This document shows, one piece after another, positions 18,764 through 28,715 of a stretch of 64,000 nt of DNA. The notes beneath the pieces were generated by a model. It did not search any database and was not told the origin of the DNA. It saw only the letters and a list, made by a program, of their open reading frames with translations. Numbering within the stretch: the stretch's first letter is position 1; each line of letters opens with the position of its first letter. This stretch comes from Clostridia bacterium. GTDB lineage: Bacteria; Bacillota; Clostridia; Oscillospirales; CAG-272. The stretch covers positions 3,495-67,494 of the forward strand of contig JAGCLY010000003.1 in assembly GCA_017646745.1 (NCBI GenBank), read 5' to 3'. A program made the position numbers and the translations under genes.

Positions 18764-19852
18764 ATGGAAAACGAAAAGAAACTTTCCTCCGAGGAAACCG
18801 AAAAAAATACCGATCCGATCAACGATATGGACACACTCGATGCCCTTTTATTCGAGGGAGAGTCGGGAGATGATGCCGACTACTATGAGGCAGAGGTTCA
18901 GTTTGATGCCTTTATCGCAGAATACAGGGATCTTATAAGCAAGACTCTGTCAGATGCCGCAAGTGAAAGAGAGCAGCGTGAGGCTGCCGGCGCTGACGGT
19001 CAGGAGGAATATCTCACCTCCCTGCCCAAGAGCAAAGCTCAAAGGGCTGCCGAGACTGCCGAGAGCAAAAATGTAACAACGGAATCCGACTGGAATGATC
19101 AGATCACCCTCACCCCCGAGGAATACGTTGATCCTGCCGAGGAGGAGGCCGTTATGATTGATAAGACAGAGGTTGAGGGAGAGCCCGACAACGAGCTTGG
19201 CAGCATCACCGACGACGGAAATCAGTTCCAGATATCGATCAACTTTGACGGAGATCAAGCATCCACCCCCGAGGAGGATGAGAAAACCTCTCCCAAATAC
19301 GATCCTGAAAATCCCAGATTAATAGACTGGATATTCGATATTGCAGAGATATTTATTTTTGTTTTAGCTGCAGTAATGATACTCTCTATGTTCGTGTTCA
19401 GACCCTCGATGGTTGAGGGAGGATCCATGCTTAATACTCTGGAGGACAGAGATCAGCTTATCATATCCAATCTTTTTTATACCCCAAAAAGAAACGATAT
19501 CATCGTATTTGAGGATTATTCCACCAGCCTTAAAAAGGCAGTTGTAAAAAGAATCATCGGCTTGCCGGGCGAAACGGTTGAGGTCAGAGTAACCGACGAC
19601 GGCCGCAGACTTATTATTTTGATCGACGGTCAAGAGATTGAGGACGAATACGGATATTATGCATACAACGGCAGCCTTGACGGATGCGCCCCCATAACTC
19701 TTGGAGAAAACGAAATATTCGTTATGGGTGATAACCGCCGAAATTCAACCGACTCGCGCTATGCGGGAGTTGGTGCGGTAAGCACCGATGCAATTCTGGG
19801 CAAGGTAATTTTCAGATTCTTCCCATTTGACAAAATCGGAACAGTAGATTAA
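18764..19852 (+). CDS. lepB: Signal peptidase I with a ~190-aa acidic N-terminal extension
   Basis: GGSMLNTL (catalytic Ser), VKRIIGLPGE (Lys box) and GDNRRNSTDSR. The TM helix IFIFVLAAVMILSMFVF is preceded by a Glu/Asp-rich region of low complexity. Confidence 0.82.
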   Translation: MENEKKLSSEETEKNTDPINDMDTLDALLFEGESGDDADYYEAEVQFDAFIAEYRDLISKTLSDAASEREQREAAGADGQEEYLTSLPKSKAQRAAETAESKNVTTESDWNDQITLTPEEYVDPAEEEAVMIDKTEVEGEPDNELGSITDDGNQFQISINFDGDQASTPEEDEKTSPKYDPENPRLIDWIFDIAEIFIFVLAAVMILSMFVFRPSMVEGGSMLNTLEDRDQLIISNLFYTPKRNDIIVFEDYSTSLKKAVVKRIIGLPGETVEVRVTDDGRRLIILIDGQEIEDEYGYYAYNGSLDGCAPITLGENEIFVMGDNRRNSTDSRYAGVGAVSTDAILGKVIFRFFPFDKIGTVD

Positions 19853-19861
19853 GGAATTAAC

Positions 19862-20731
19862 ATGGCAACTAATCCAATACAGTGGTTCCCCGGGCACATG
19901 GCCAAAACCAAGCGCATGATGCGTGAGTGCCTGTCCGAGGTGGACATTATAATCGAGCTTTTGGACGCTAGAATTCCATACAGCTCAAAAAACCCCGAAA
20001 TTGATTCATTGATAAACGGTAAGCCCAAGCTTACTGTATTTACAAAATCCACCCTTGCCGATCCAGCTGTAACACAAAGGTGGGTGGAGGAATATGCAAG
20101 GAAAAAGCAAAAAGTGGTTGTTATTGATTCAACCACAGGCGCAGGAATAGACAATCTGGCTGATGCGGTGAGAGAGATAATGGCCGAAAAGCTTGAGCGC
20201 TATCACCTCAAGGGTATGGACGGCAGAAAGCTTAAGGCTATGATCGTCGGAATCCCCAACGTAGGAAAGTCCTCGCTCATCAACCGCATAGCCGGCAACA
20301 AAAAGGCCAAGGTTGAGGATCGCCCCGGCGTTACTGTAGACAAGCAGTGGGTTCCTACCAAGATAGGCTTTGACCTGCTGGACATGCCCGGCGTGCTCTG
20401 GCCCAAATTTGAGGATCAGACCGTGGGCGAGAACCTGGCGATGACCGGCGCTATCCGTGACCAGATTCTTGATACAGAGGAAATCGCTATGATACTCTGC
20501 TCCCGCCTTATGAAGGTTGCGCCGGATATGTTTATGGCAAGATACAAGCTAACCGAGGAGGAGACAGAGGGACTTGACTCCTATGATCTATTCGAGCTTG
20601 TAGGGCGCAAGAGAGGCTTCCTTATCAGTGGAGGCGAGATCAACCACAAGAGATGCGCAGACGTACTGCTCGACGAGTTCCGTGGTGGAAAAATCGGACG
20701 AATTACTCTGGAAAGACCTAACGACAGATAA
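19862..20731 (+). CDS. rbgA: Ribosome biogenesis GTPase A
   Basis: WFPGHMAK start and the circularly permuted GTPase motif GIPNVGKSSLIN. Confidence 0.9.
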   Translation: MATNPIQWFPGHMAKTKRMMRECLSEVDIIIELLDARIPYSSKNPEIDSLINGKPKLTVFTKSTLADPAVTQRWVEEYARKKQKVVVIDSTTGAGIDNLADAVREIMAEKLERYHLKGMDGRKLKAMIVGIPNVGKSSLINRIAGNKKAKVEDRPGVTVDKQWVPTKIGFDLLDMPGVLWPKFEDQTVGENLAMTGAIRDQILDTEEIAMILCSRLMKVAPDMFMARYKLTEEETEGLDSYDLFELVGRKRGFLISGGEINHKRCADVLLDEFRGGKIGRITLERPNDR

Positions 20732-20756
20732 TTTTCTAACAGATCGGAGATAACCA

Positions 20757-21356
20757 ATGCCAAGCTTTGAATATGAAGAAAAGCATTACGCCGAGGGTTA
20801 TTCCGCAATATGCGGAGTTGACGAGGCCGGACGAGGCCCACTTTGTGGCCCGGTAGTTGCAGCGGCGGTAATACTTCCCCTCGGACTTGAAATAGAGGGA
20901 CTTAACGACTCAAAGAAGCTGACTGAGAAGAAGCGAGAGGCCCTGTTTGAAATTATCAAGGAAAAGGCTGTCGCCTATGCAATAGCCGAGGCTAGCCCTG
21001 CCGAAATAGACGAGATAAACATACTCAATGCCTCCATGCTGGCAATGCGCCGCGCGGTCGAAGCGTTGGAGGTCCCCGCAGATTTTGCCCTTATCGACGG
21101 AAACTGCTCCAGAGGTTTTAGCATTCCTACCGAAACGGTTGTTAAGGGCGATGCTAAAAGCTATTCTATTGCGGCGGCATCCATACTTGCAAAGGTTACC
21201 CGTGACAGACAATGTCTTGAACTGGACAAGGAATATCCGCAATATGGGATTGCAAAGCACAAGGGCTATCCTACCAAGGACCATATGGATGCGGTAAGAC
21301 AGTACGGACCTGCTCCTATCTACCGAATGAGCTTCTTAAAATTTCTTGACAAGTGA
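20757..21356 (+). CDS. rnhB: Ribonuclease HII
   Basis: GVDEAGRGPLCGPVV active-site motif. Confidence 0.92.
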   Translation: MPSFEYEEKHYAEGYSAICGVDEAGRGPLCGPVVAAAVILPLGLEIEGLNDSKKLTEKKREALFEIIKEKAVAYAIAEASPAEIDEINILNASMLAMRRAVEALEVPADFALIDGNCSRGFSIPTETVVKGDAKSYSIAAASILAKVTRDRQCLELDKEYPQYGIAKHKGYPTKDHMDAVRQYGPAPIYRMSFLKFLDK

Positions 21357-21793
21357 ACATACTAAAAATACTGACGCCACAAAGGAAAATTGGTAATCTC
21401 GGCGAAAGAGTGGCTACAAGGCTACTGCGCCGTCGTGGATATAAGATCCTCGAAAACAATTACACTGCCCTCGACTCGGAAATAGATATTATTGCTAGAA
21501 AAAGGAATATAACCGCATTTATTGAGGTAAAGACAAGAAACGTAAAAAGCCTTGGTAAAGCAGAGTCCCGACCGGGATCATCGGTTACACCCGAAAAGCA
21601 ACGAAAAATTATTAAAGTGGCGAATTACTACAGCGCGCACCACCCCTCCGATACAAGACTTCGTCTTGACGTCATAGAGGTTTATCTCGAGGGCGAAGGT
21701 AAAAATGTAAAGGTAAGGGATATAAAACACATCGAAGGCGCTTTTAACAAAAACACCGCCTTTGACGGATACCATTTAAAGAAGGATCTATAA
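21353..21793 (+). CDS. yraN: YraN-family (UPF0102) endonuclease-like protein
   Basis: GERVATRLLRRRGYKILENNY...EIDIIARK...FIEVKTR pattern. It sits in the conserved position after rnhB. GTG start. Confidence 0.8.
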   Translation: MNILKILTPQRKIGNLGERVATRLLRRRGYKILENNYTALDSEIDIIARKRNITAFIEVKTRNVKSLGKAESRPGSSVTPEKQRKIIKVANYYSAHHPSDTRLRLDVIEVYLEGEGKNVKVRDIKHIEGAFNKNTAFDGYHLKKDL

Positions 21794-21794
21794 A

Positions 21795-23279
21795 ATGAAC
21801 TACATCAGCACCAGAGGAGCTCACAAAGAAGGAGCTTCATCTGCATATGCAATAAAAACCGGACTTGCCGCAGACGGCGGACTTTTCATGCCAGAAAATA
21901 TTCCCCAGATTGATCTTGAAGCAATAAAAGATATGTCTGCCCTATCGTATCCAGAAAGAGCAGCAAAAATACTTTCAATGTTTCTGACGGACTACAGCTA
22001 CGACGAGCTGCTTTGTGATGCCATGGCGGCATACTCAGCGGATAAGTTTATACCCTCACCTACGCCTATAACCGAGCTTAGCGGCAGAAAATACATGCTG
22101 GAGCTATGGCACGGTCCTACCTGCGCCTTTAAGGATATGGCTCTGCAGATAATGCCCAGACTATTCACAAGAGCGCTGAGAAAATGCGGAGAGGAAAGAG
22201 AGGCGCTTATTCTCGTTGCAACCTCGGGTGATACCGGCAAGGCGGCACTTGAGGGATATAAAAACGTTCCCGGCACCAAAATACAGGTGTTCTACCCTAT
22301 TGACGGCGTTAGCCAGGTGCAGAAGAAGCAGATGCAAACCCAGGAGGGTGATAATCTGTCGGTCATTGGAATATGTGGCAACTTTGACGATGCGCAAAAC
22401 GGTGTTAAGAGGATTTTCTCCGACCGTGAATTTGCAAGCAAGCTTGACGGCGAGGGTGTATTCCTCTCCAGCGCAAATTCTATAAACTGGGGCAGACTTG
22501 TGCCTCAGGTAGTTTACTATATTTCGGCATACTGTGATATGTATTCCTCCGGCGCAATTCAGCTCGGTGAGGAAATCGACGTATGCGTTCCCACGGGTAA
22601 CTTTGGCAATATTTTCGCCTGCTATATAGCAAAGCTTATGGGTCTGCCCGTAGGTAAGCTCGTTTGCGCTTCAAATAAAAATAATATTCTTACCGACTTT
22701 ATAGAGAGTGGTATTTACGACAGAAACCGTGAATTTTACACAACCATGTCCCCCTCTATGGACATACTTATTTCATCGAACCTTGAGAGGTTGCTCTATC
22801 TGCTATTTGGCAGCGAAAGATGCGCCGCACTTATGAGCGAGCTTAAGGAAAACGGCAAGTATGCCCTTACGGCCGACGAGCTGAGGATGGTGCGTGAGAG
22901 CTTCGTCGGATACTGCACCGATGAGAATGACTGCCAAGCGACTATAAAGAGAATCTTTGAAAACGAAAAACGCCTCATAGACACCCATACATCAGTTGCG
23001 GTTTCTGCCGCAGAGAGATATATGAGCGACCACGAGGCGAGGTCGGCTATGCTTGTGGTATCCACCGCATCGGCCTACAAGTTTGCGGGCGACGTTTTGC
23101 TCTCGCTTACAGGAGCAAAACCTGAAAATGATCTTGATGCTCCCGCAACGCTTAACGCATTAACCGGATGGCAGATACCTGCGCCGCTTAGCTCCGCCCT
23201 GTCAGGCAAGCCCATCCACCTTGACGTATATGACAAGGATGATATGGATAAAGCAGTGTGCAGCTTTTTATTTGGCTAA
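21795..23279 (+). CDS. thrC: Threonine synthase
   Basis: PLP-lysine motif (TCAFKDMALQ). The 494-aa length fits the long-form ThrC. Confidence 0.9.
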   Translation: MNYISTRGAHKEGASSAYAIKTGLAADGGLFMPENIPQIDLEAIKDMSALSYPERAAKILSMFLTDYSYDELLCDAMAAYSADKFIPSPTPITELSGRKYMLELWHGPTCAFKDMALQIMPRLFTRALRKCGEEREALILVATSGDTGKAALEGYKNVPGTKIQVFYPIDGVSQVQKKQMQTQEGDNLSVIGICGNFDDAQNGVKRIFSDREFASKLDGEGVFLSSANSINWGRLVPQVVYYISAYCDMYSSGAIQLGEEIDVCVPTGNFGNIFACYIAKLMGLPVGKLVCASNKNNILTDFIESGIYDRNREFYTTMSPSMDILISSNLERLLYLLFGSERCAALMSELKENGKYALTADELRMVRESFVGYCTDENDCQATIKRIFENEKRLIDTHTSVAVSAAERYMSDHEARSAMLVVSTASAYKFAGDVLLSLTGAKPENDLDAPATLNALTGWQIPAPLSSALSGKPIHLDVYDKDDMDKAVCSFLFG

Positions 23280-23477
23280 TCAGCACTCCTTGGGCTTAAA
23301 GGTTGCGCAGTTGGTATGAGCAGAGCAATCTGCCTCTCTGGGGCCAACCGAGATACAGCCTGCATAGCAACCGTTCTGATCTGCGTGATATACGCAATTT
23401 CTTACGTCACACTTTATGCCCTTAATATGCTTTGAGGCATCGCATTTACATTCATTATAAAGCTTCTTATCTTCCAT
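23280..23477 (-). CDS. DUF1540-like Cys-rich small protein (65 aa)
   Basis: Repeated C..V..C.YH...C.A..I.V pattern. The start is set at MEDKKLYN, preceded by GAGGAG. Confidence 0.65.
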   Translation of the reverse strand: MEDKKLYNECKCDASKHIKGIKCDVRNCVYHADQNGCYAGCISVGPREADCSAHTNCATFKPKEC

Positions 23478-23591
23478 TTTGTTTAATCTCCTCTTAGTTA
23501 TATCTTCCGCACCTGCGGCAGACTTATTATTGGCAAAAGCGAAGATAATATACAAAATTTCGGCTAAATAAAGTCGGGAAAGGAACGCCAT

Positions 23592-24323
23592 ATGTCAATT
23601 TATACAATAGCAGATCTGCATCTGTCCACCTTTGACAAGACTAACAAATCTATGGAAGTCTTTGGAAAATCCTGGGCAGATTATATGACAAGAATCGAAA
23701 ACAACTGGCGCCGCCTTATAACCGACGAGGATACGGTGATTATTCCTGGCGATGTTTCCTGGGCACTTTCACTGGAGGAGGCCGAGAGCGATATGAAGTT
23801 TTTAGACGCTCTTCCCGGTAAAAAAATTATCGGCAAGGGCAACCACGATTTTTGGTGGAGCACGATGAAAAAGCACGAGGCCTTTTTCGAAAAGAATGAA
23901 ATTACCAGCATTTCTTTTTTGTTTAACAACGCATATGAGGCAGAGGACATCATAGTTGCCGGAACACGAGGCTGGTATAACGACGAGGATGCAGTTAATG
24001 CGCCCGACAATGCCGATTTTGAAAAGCTTACTAACCGCGAAAACCTAAGGCTGAAGGCCAGCCTGGACGCCGCAAGGAGATTGCAAGAGCTTTCTCCCGA
24101 AAAGGAGATAATTGTCTTTATGCACTTCCCCCCGTACTGGAACGGCAAGGCATCTGACGGATTGATCTCTCTCTTGCACGAGTACGGAGTAAAACGTGTT
24201 TACTTTGGGCACATACACGGCAACTATACCGTGCCACCCCACTTTAAGTACGAAGATATTGATATGCATATTATATCCGCCGATTATCTGAAATTCATAC
24301 CCAAGCATATAACATCAAAGTAA
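23592..24323 (+). CDS. Metallophosphoesterase
   Basis: DLHLS, GDVSWA and GNHDFWW motifs of the calcineurin-like phosphoesterase fold. Confidence 0.8.
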   Translation: MSIYTIADLHLSTFDKTNKSMEVFGKSWADYMTRIENNWRRLITDEDTVIIPGDVSWALSLEEAESDMKFLDALPGKKIIGKGNHDFWWSTMKKHEAFFEKNEITSISFLFNNAYEAEDIIVAGTRGWYNDEDAVNAPDNADFEKLTNRENLRLKASLDAARRLQELSPEKEIIVFMHFPPYWNGKASDGLISLLHEYGVKRVYFGHIHGNYTVPPHFKYEDIDMHIISADYLKFIPKHITSK

Positions 24324-24403
24324 TATTAACCCGTAAAATAGGCAAAAAGACGAAAAACAACCTATTATTTTAGTAAAAAGTACTATAATATTCGCTATAG
24401 CTA

Positions 24404-24432
24404 TTGACAAAAGTCTTTTTTTGATGTACAAT
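24404..24432 (+). promoter_or_regulatory. Sigma-70-type promoter of tig
   Basis: TTGACA, a 17-nt spacer, then TACAAT, with TG two nt upstream of the -10. Confidence 0.6.
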
Positions 24433-24491
24433 GTTATGGCTAATTTGATTTTTAATAAAAATAAATATATATACATTTCGGAGGAAAAGAA

Positions 24492-25904
24492 ATGAGCCTT
24501 ATTAAAAAGGAACTTACCGAGAAGTCCGGTTTTGTTATGGAGTTCTCCGTAAGCCGCGAAGTTTACGCAAAAGCAGAAATTGAAGCCTACAAGAAGAATG
24601 TTAAGTCTATTAACATCCCCGGCTTTAGAAAGGGCAAGGCTCCCAAGGCTATTATCGAGAAGTACTATGGCAAGGGCATCTGGTTCGAAGATGCTATCAA
24701 TGCTTGTATTCCCGAGGCATTTGAGGAGGCAGTTAAGGAGGCAGGCCTTGATATCGTAGGTCAGCCCCAGTTCGATCTCGTATCCGATGAGGGTGATATC
24801 GTGCTTAAGGCAGTTGGCTTTGTTAAGCCCGAGGTTACTATCGACGGCTACAAGGGCATCGCTGTTGAGAAGAAGGTAGCAGAGGTTACCGACGCTGAGG
24901 TTGACGGCGAGGTTGAGAACGCAAGAAAGAGAAACGCAAGAACCATCGAGATTACCGACAGAGCAGCAGCTATGGGTGATATCGCAAACATCAACTACGA
25001 GGGCTTTGTTGACGGCGTAGCATTTGACGGTGGCAAGGGCGAAGGTCATGACCTTACTCTCGGCTCCGGTCAGTTCATCCCCGGCTTCGAGGAGCAGATC
25101 GCAGGCAAGACCATCGGCGAAGAGTTCGACGTTAATGTTACCTTCCCCGAGGAGTACCATGCAGCAGAGCTTGCAGGCAAGGCTGCAACCTTCAAGACCA
25201 AGCTTAACTCTCTCAAGGTAGAGGAGCTCCCTGCCCTTGACGACGAGTTCGCAAAGGATGTTTCCGAATTCGATACTCTTGATGAATACAAGGCTGACAT
25301 TAAGTCTAAAATGGTAAAGAGAAACGAAGATAAGGCTGAGGCAGACGTTGAGAACGCTCTTGCTGAGGCTCTTATGGAGAAGCTCGTTGCAGAGATCCCT
25401 GAGGTTATGTTCGAAATCGAGACCGAGAACTACGTTCGTGACTACGACAGCAGACTTCGTCAGAGCGGCCTTGATCTCAACACCTACATGAAGTATACCG
25501 GTCTTACCCTCGAGGCGCTTCGTGAGCAGATGCGTCCCCAGGCAGAGCGCCAGGTAAAGGTTAGACTTGCACTTGAGAAGATCGCTTCTCTCGAGGCTCT
25601 CACCGTTTCTGAGGATGAGACCAATGAGGAGTATCAGAGAATCTCCAATGCATACAGCGTTCCCGTAGATCAGGTTAAGGCTATGATCGCAGCAGAGGAT
25701 CTTAACGCAGACCTCCTTGTTGGCAAGGCACTTAAGCTTGTTCGTGAGAACGCAAAGGTAGGCGCTCCTAAGGCAAAGAAGGCTTCTACCAAGAAGGCTG
25801 CTTCCAAGGCAGAGGACGCTGAGGAGGCTCCCAAGGCTAAGAAGACCACTACCAAGAAGACTACTACCAAGAAGACTGCCAAGACCGAGGAAAAGGCAGA
25901 CTAA
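24492..25904 (+). CDS. tig: Trigger factor with a Lys/Thr-rich C-terminal tail
   Basis: PGFRKGKAP ribosome-binding signature and an FKBP-type PPIase middle domain. The tail reads KAKKASTKKAASK...KAKKTTTKKTTTKKTAK. Confidence 0.95.
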   Translation: MSLIKKELTEKSGFVMEFSVSREVYAKAEIEAYKKNVKSINIPGFRKGKAPKAIIEKYYGKGIWFEDAINACIPEAFEEAVKEAGLDIVGQPQFDLVSDEGDIVLKAVGFVKPEVTIDGYKGIAVEKKVAEVTDAEVDGEVENARKRNARTIEITDRAAAMGDIANINYEGFVDGVAFDGGKGEGHDLTLGSGQFIPGFEEQIAGKTIGEEFDVNVTFPEEYHAAELAGKAATFKTKLNSLKVEELPALDDEFAKDVSEFDTLDEYKADIKSKMVKRNEDKAEADVENALAEALMEKLVAEIPEVMFEIETENYVRDYDSRLRQSGLDLNTYMKYTGLTLEALREQMRPQAERQVKVRLALEKIASLEALTVSEDETNEEYQRISNAYSVPVDQVKAMIAAEDLNADLLVGKALKLVRENAKVGAPKAKKASTKKAASKAEDAEEAPKAKKTTTKKTTTKKTAKTEEKAD

Positions 25905-25984
25905 TTAAATAATCATCAGCCGGCGGTCGAACGACTTGACTGTCGGCTGTTGTTAAATATAACCAAGAAAGGCGGATATAAACC

Positions 25985-26572
25985 ATGGCACTTGTTCCAT
26001 ACGTCATTGAACAGACATCCAGAGGCGAACGTCAATTTGATATTTATTCCAGACTTTTAAATGACAGAATTATTTTCCTTGCCGACGAGGTTAACGATGT
26101 AACTGCATCTCTCGTTGTGGCACAGCTTCTCTTCCTCGAGGCGCAGGATCCCGACAAGGACATATATCTTTACATCAATAGCCCCGGAGGATCTATCTCC
26201 GCAGGCATGGCTATATACGATACTATGAATTACATCAAGTGCGATGTTTGTACAATTTGTATCGGTATGGCTGCATCTATGGGTGCATTCCTGCTCTCCA
26301 GCGGTACTAAGGGCAAGAGATATGCCTTGCCCAACTCTGAGGTTATGATTCACCAGCCTCTCGGTGGCATGCAGGGTCAGGCATCGGATATTAAGATCCA
26401 CGCAGATCACATTCTCAGAATCAGAGAAAAGCTTAACAAGCTTCTCTCCGAACAGACCGGTCAAAGTCTGGAAACTATCGAACGTGATACAGAGCGTGAC
26501 AATTACATGACTGCTGATCAGGCGGCAGAATATGGCCTGATTGACAAGGTAATCACTAAAAAGGAAATTTAA
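25985..26572 (+). CDS. clpP: ATP-dependent Clp protease proteolytic subunit
   Basis: Catalytic Ser in [10 protein letters not shown] and His in MIHQPLGG. Confidence 0.97.
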   Translation: MALVPYVIEQTSRGERQFDIYSRLLNDRIIFLADEVNDVTASLVVAQLLFLEAQDPDKDIYLYINSPGGSISAGMAIYDTMNYIKCDVCTICIGMAASMGAFLLSSGTKGKRYALPNSEVMIHQPLGGMQGQASDIKIHADHILRIREKLNKLLSEQTGQSLETIERDTERDNYMTADQAAEYGLIDKVITKKEI

Positions 26573-26575
26573 TCA

Positions 26576-27913
26576 ATGGAAGATACGAAAAAGCGCGAGC
26601 TACGAACCTGCGCCTTTTGCGGACGCAACGAGCGTGAGGTCGCCTTCCTCATTCCCGCCATGGATGGCAAGACCTATATTTGTGACAACTGTATAGATCT
26701 TTGCTCGGACTTTATCGAGCAGCATATTGCCAGCCTGGAGAAGGACGAGTCGGATAATGATAAGCTGACCTTCGAATCATTGCCCCGCCCCAAGGAAATT
26801 AAGACGATGCTTGACGACCACGTTATCGGTCAGGAGGATGCGAAGTTTGCATTATCCGTAGCGGTATACAACCACTACAAGAGAATCCTTACCCTTGAGG
26901 AGGCCGAAAAAAAGGCAAAAAAGGGAAAAAAAAGCAAGGCAGTTAGCGATTCGGATGACGATGAGGTTGAAATTCAAAAGTCAAACGTGCTCCTGCTCGG
27001 TCCTACCGGTGTTGGTAAAACCTACATTGCGCAGACACTGGCAAAGAGCTTTCAGGTTCCCTTTGCTATCGCCGATGCGACCACCCTTACCGAGGCAGGA
27101 TACGTGGGCGAGGACGTTGAGAACATACTTCTCAGACTGATTCAGGCTGCGGATTATGACATTGAAAAAGCCGAGCACGGAATCATCTACATCGACGAGA
27201 TCGATAAGATCACCAGAAAAAGCGAGAACCGCTCTATCACCCGTGACGTATCGGGCGAGGGCGTTCAGCAGGCCCTGCTTAAGATCCTGGAGGGTACAAC
27301 AGCAAACGTTCCTCCTCAGGGCGGCAGAAAGCATCCTAATCAGGAATTTATACAGATAAACACCAAGAACATTCTGTTCATCTGCGGCGGCGCATTTGAG
27401 GGTATAGAATCTATCGTCGAGCAGCGACAGGGCAACAGCCTTATAGGCTTTAACACCGATAAAAAGACCAAAAAGGAAAAGGTAGAGCGTGGCGTATACA
27501 AGGACGTAATCGCCCATGATATTATCAAGTACGGTCTTATTCCCGAACTGGTGGGCCGTCTGCCGGTTATCGTTACACTGGAGAACCTTGATGAGGATGC
27601 GCTGGTAAGAATTATTAAGGAACCTAAGAACTCGCTGGCAAAGCAGTACAAAAAGCTCTTTGGCCTTGACGGTATTGATCTGGAATTCGAGGATGAAGCG
27701 TACAGAGCTATTGCGCATCTCGCTATTGAGCGTGAGATCGGCGCAAGAGGTCTGCGATCGATCATCGAGGGACTTATGATGAAGCCTATGTTTGAGCTTC
27801 CTTCCCTTCCCGATGCAAAGCGTGTGGTTGTGACCGCAGGCTTCGTTAAGGGCGAGGAGGAGCTGACGGTTATTTACAACACCGATAAGCTTCTTGAAGA
27901 GACAAAAATATAA
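26576..27913 (+). CDS. clpX: ATP-dependent Clp protease ATP-binding subunit ClpX
   Basis: N-terminal zinc-binding CAFCGR...CDNC and Walker A GPTGVGKT. Confidence 0.97.
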   Translation: MEDTKKRELRTCAFCGRNEREVAFLIPAMDGKTYICDNCIDLCSDFIEQHIASLEKDESDNDKLTFESLPRPKEIKTMLDDHVIGQEDAKFALSVAVYNHYKRILTLEEAEKKAKKGKKSKAVSDSDDDEVEIQKSNVLLLGPTGVGKTYIAQTLAKSFQVPFAIADATTLTEAGYVGEDVENILLRLIQAADYDIEKAEHGIIYIDEIDKITRKSENRSITRDVSGEGVQQALLKILEGTTANVPPQGGRKHPNQEFIQINTKNILFICGGAFEGIESIVEQRQGNSLIGFNTDKKTKKEKVERGVYKDVIAHDIIKYGLIPELVGRLPVIVTLENLDEDALVRIIKEPKNSLAKQYKKLFGLDGIDLEFEDEAYRAIAHLAIEREIGARGLRSIIEGLMMKPMFELPSLPDAKRVVVTAGFVKGEEELTVIYNTDKLLEETKI

Positions 27914-27919
27914 TATTAA

Positions 27920-27960
27920 AGAGCGATGAGAGCCTATCTTATCGCTCTCTTTTGTTATTT
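27920..27960 (+). terminator. Rho-independent terminator of clpX
   Basis: AGAGCGAT-loop-ATCGCTCT followed by a T-rich run. Confidence 0.75.
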
Positions 27961-28049
27961 TTTTATATTCAGCGAGTCAATATTTGTGCAACGTGTACAC
28001 TTTGGTGAAATTTTTATAAAAAATATTGGATATTTTTATCATTTACCTA

Positions 28050-28078
28050 TTGACAAGAAAGATTAAATATGATATATT
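28050..28078 (+). promoter_or_regulatory. Orphan consensus sigma-70-type promoter
   Basis: TTGACA (28050..28055), a 17-nt spacer, then TGaTATATT (-10 at 28073..28078). Confidence 0.6.
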
Positions 28079-28194
28079 TAAGCCAGAAGGTAACGAAGAG
28101 AAAAAGAGGTTGGGCAAAGGCCCAACCGTATATTCAAATTTTACACGAGTAGGTTTCTCTTCAGCCAAAAATCTAAGAAATGGAGGACACGCCA

Positions 28195-28299
28195 ATGCAC
28201 AATTCTGAAGAACCGAATCACTTTTCTGCCTGCCGCCTTGCAGGATGCGGAATAGCGAGTATTTCGTGCATAGCGGCAGGTTCCCCCAAAGTGTGCTGA
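28195..28299 (+). CDS. Candidate 34-aa Cys-rich micro-protein (MHNSEEPNHFSACRLAGCGIASISCIAAGSPKVC)
   Basis: GGAGG lies 8 nt upstream of the ATG. There are four TGC Cys codons. It is too short for the ORF track. The same stretch can also fold into nested helices, so coding is not proven. Confidence 0.3.
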   Translation: MHNSEEPNHFSACRLAGCGIASISCIAAGSPKVC

Positions 28300-28514
28300 G
28301 CTAACAGCCAAAAAAACTTAATATAAATGCGACTGATACGACTCTTTTTTAGAGTGTGAGAGGTGTTCCCTCTTTAAAGTTAGGATACTTTATATCCATT
28401 GTGTGCGAGAGTTTAGTATCAAATTATTTAAAAAGTTTAAAACTTAATAATAAAAAACTGTTGGTTTATATGAAAAAATTAAGAGGCATTGACGCCGAAA
28501 AATGACATAGAGAA

Positions 28515-28545
28515 ACGGTGAGGATTTTTCCTCACCGTTTTTTTC
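28515..28545 (+). terminator. Rho-independent terminator of the orphan transcription unit
   Basis: ACGGTGAGGA-TTTT-TCCTCACCGT followed by TTTTTTT. Confidence 0.8.
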
Positions 28546-28585
28546 TATAAAAAAATAGTTAAAATTTACCTTACCCCTTACCTAA

Positions 28586-28669
28586 TGCGGGAAATGTCGT
28601 GCGTTAAGAAAACGATTGATTATCGTTTTTAGCACGAAGACTGAAGCGATAGCTGAAGTCTGTCCCGTT
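28586..28669. repeat. 84-nt structured repeat, copy A (three-helix fold; starts with the tRNA-Leu acceptor sequence)
   Basis: 70/84 identical to copy B. The closing helix is GCGGGA/TCCCGT. The long hairpin is CGTGC..AAAACGAT-loop-ATCGTTTT..GCACG. A 9-bp hairpin spans 28639..28660 and carries a conserved 2x2 internal loop. Confidence 0.5.
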
Positions 28670-28685
28670 TTCGCTCAACAAAAAA

Positions 28686-28715
28686 GGCAGGCCATTTGGT
28701 CTGCCTTCTTGTTGG
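28686..28715. terminator. Hairpin with U-rich flanks on both strands, between repeat copies A and B
   Basis: GGCAGGCC-ATTT-GGTCTGCC. The plus-strand reading has a G-U pair where the minus reading has an A-C mismatch, but the better T-run (TTTTTTG) is on the minus strand. Confidence 0.5.

Noticed and set aside
24315-25160. 281-aa minus-strand ORF
   Set aside because: It is antisense to trigger factor and overlaps the tig promoter. It is Leu/Asn/Cys-rich mirror-frame noise.
28026-28208. 60-aa plus-strand ORF in the clpX-tRNA gap
   Set aside because: It begins upstream of, and runs through, the predicted promoter at 28050..28078. It is in a different frame from the SD-preceded micro-ORF and has no SD.
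28295-28309. Minus-strand GGCTGTTAGCTCAGC, which resembles a tRNA acceptor/D-arm start
   Set aside because: No matching D-stem 3' half, anticodon arm, T-arm or acceptor 3' strand follows, so no cloverleaf can be drawn.
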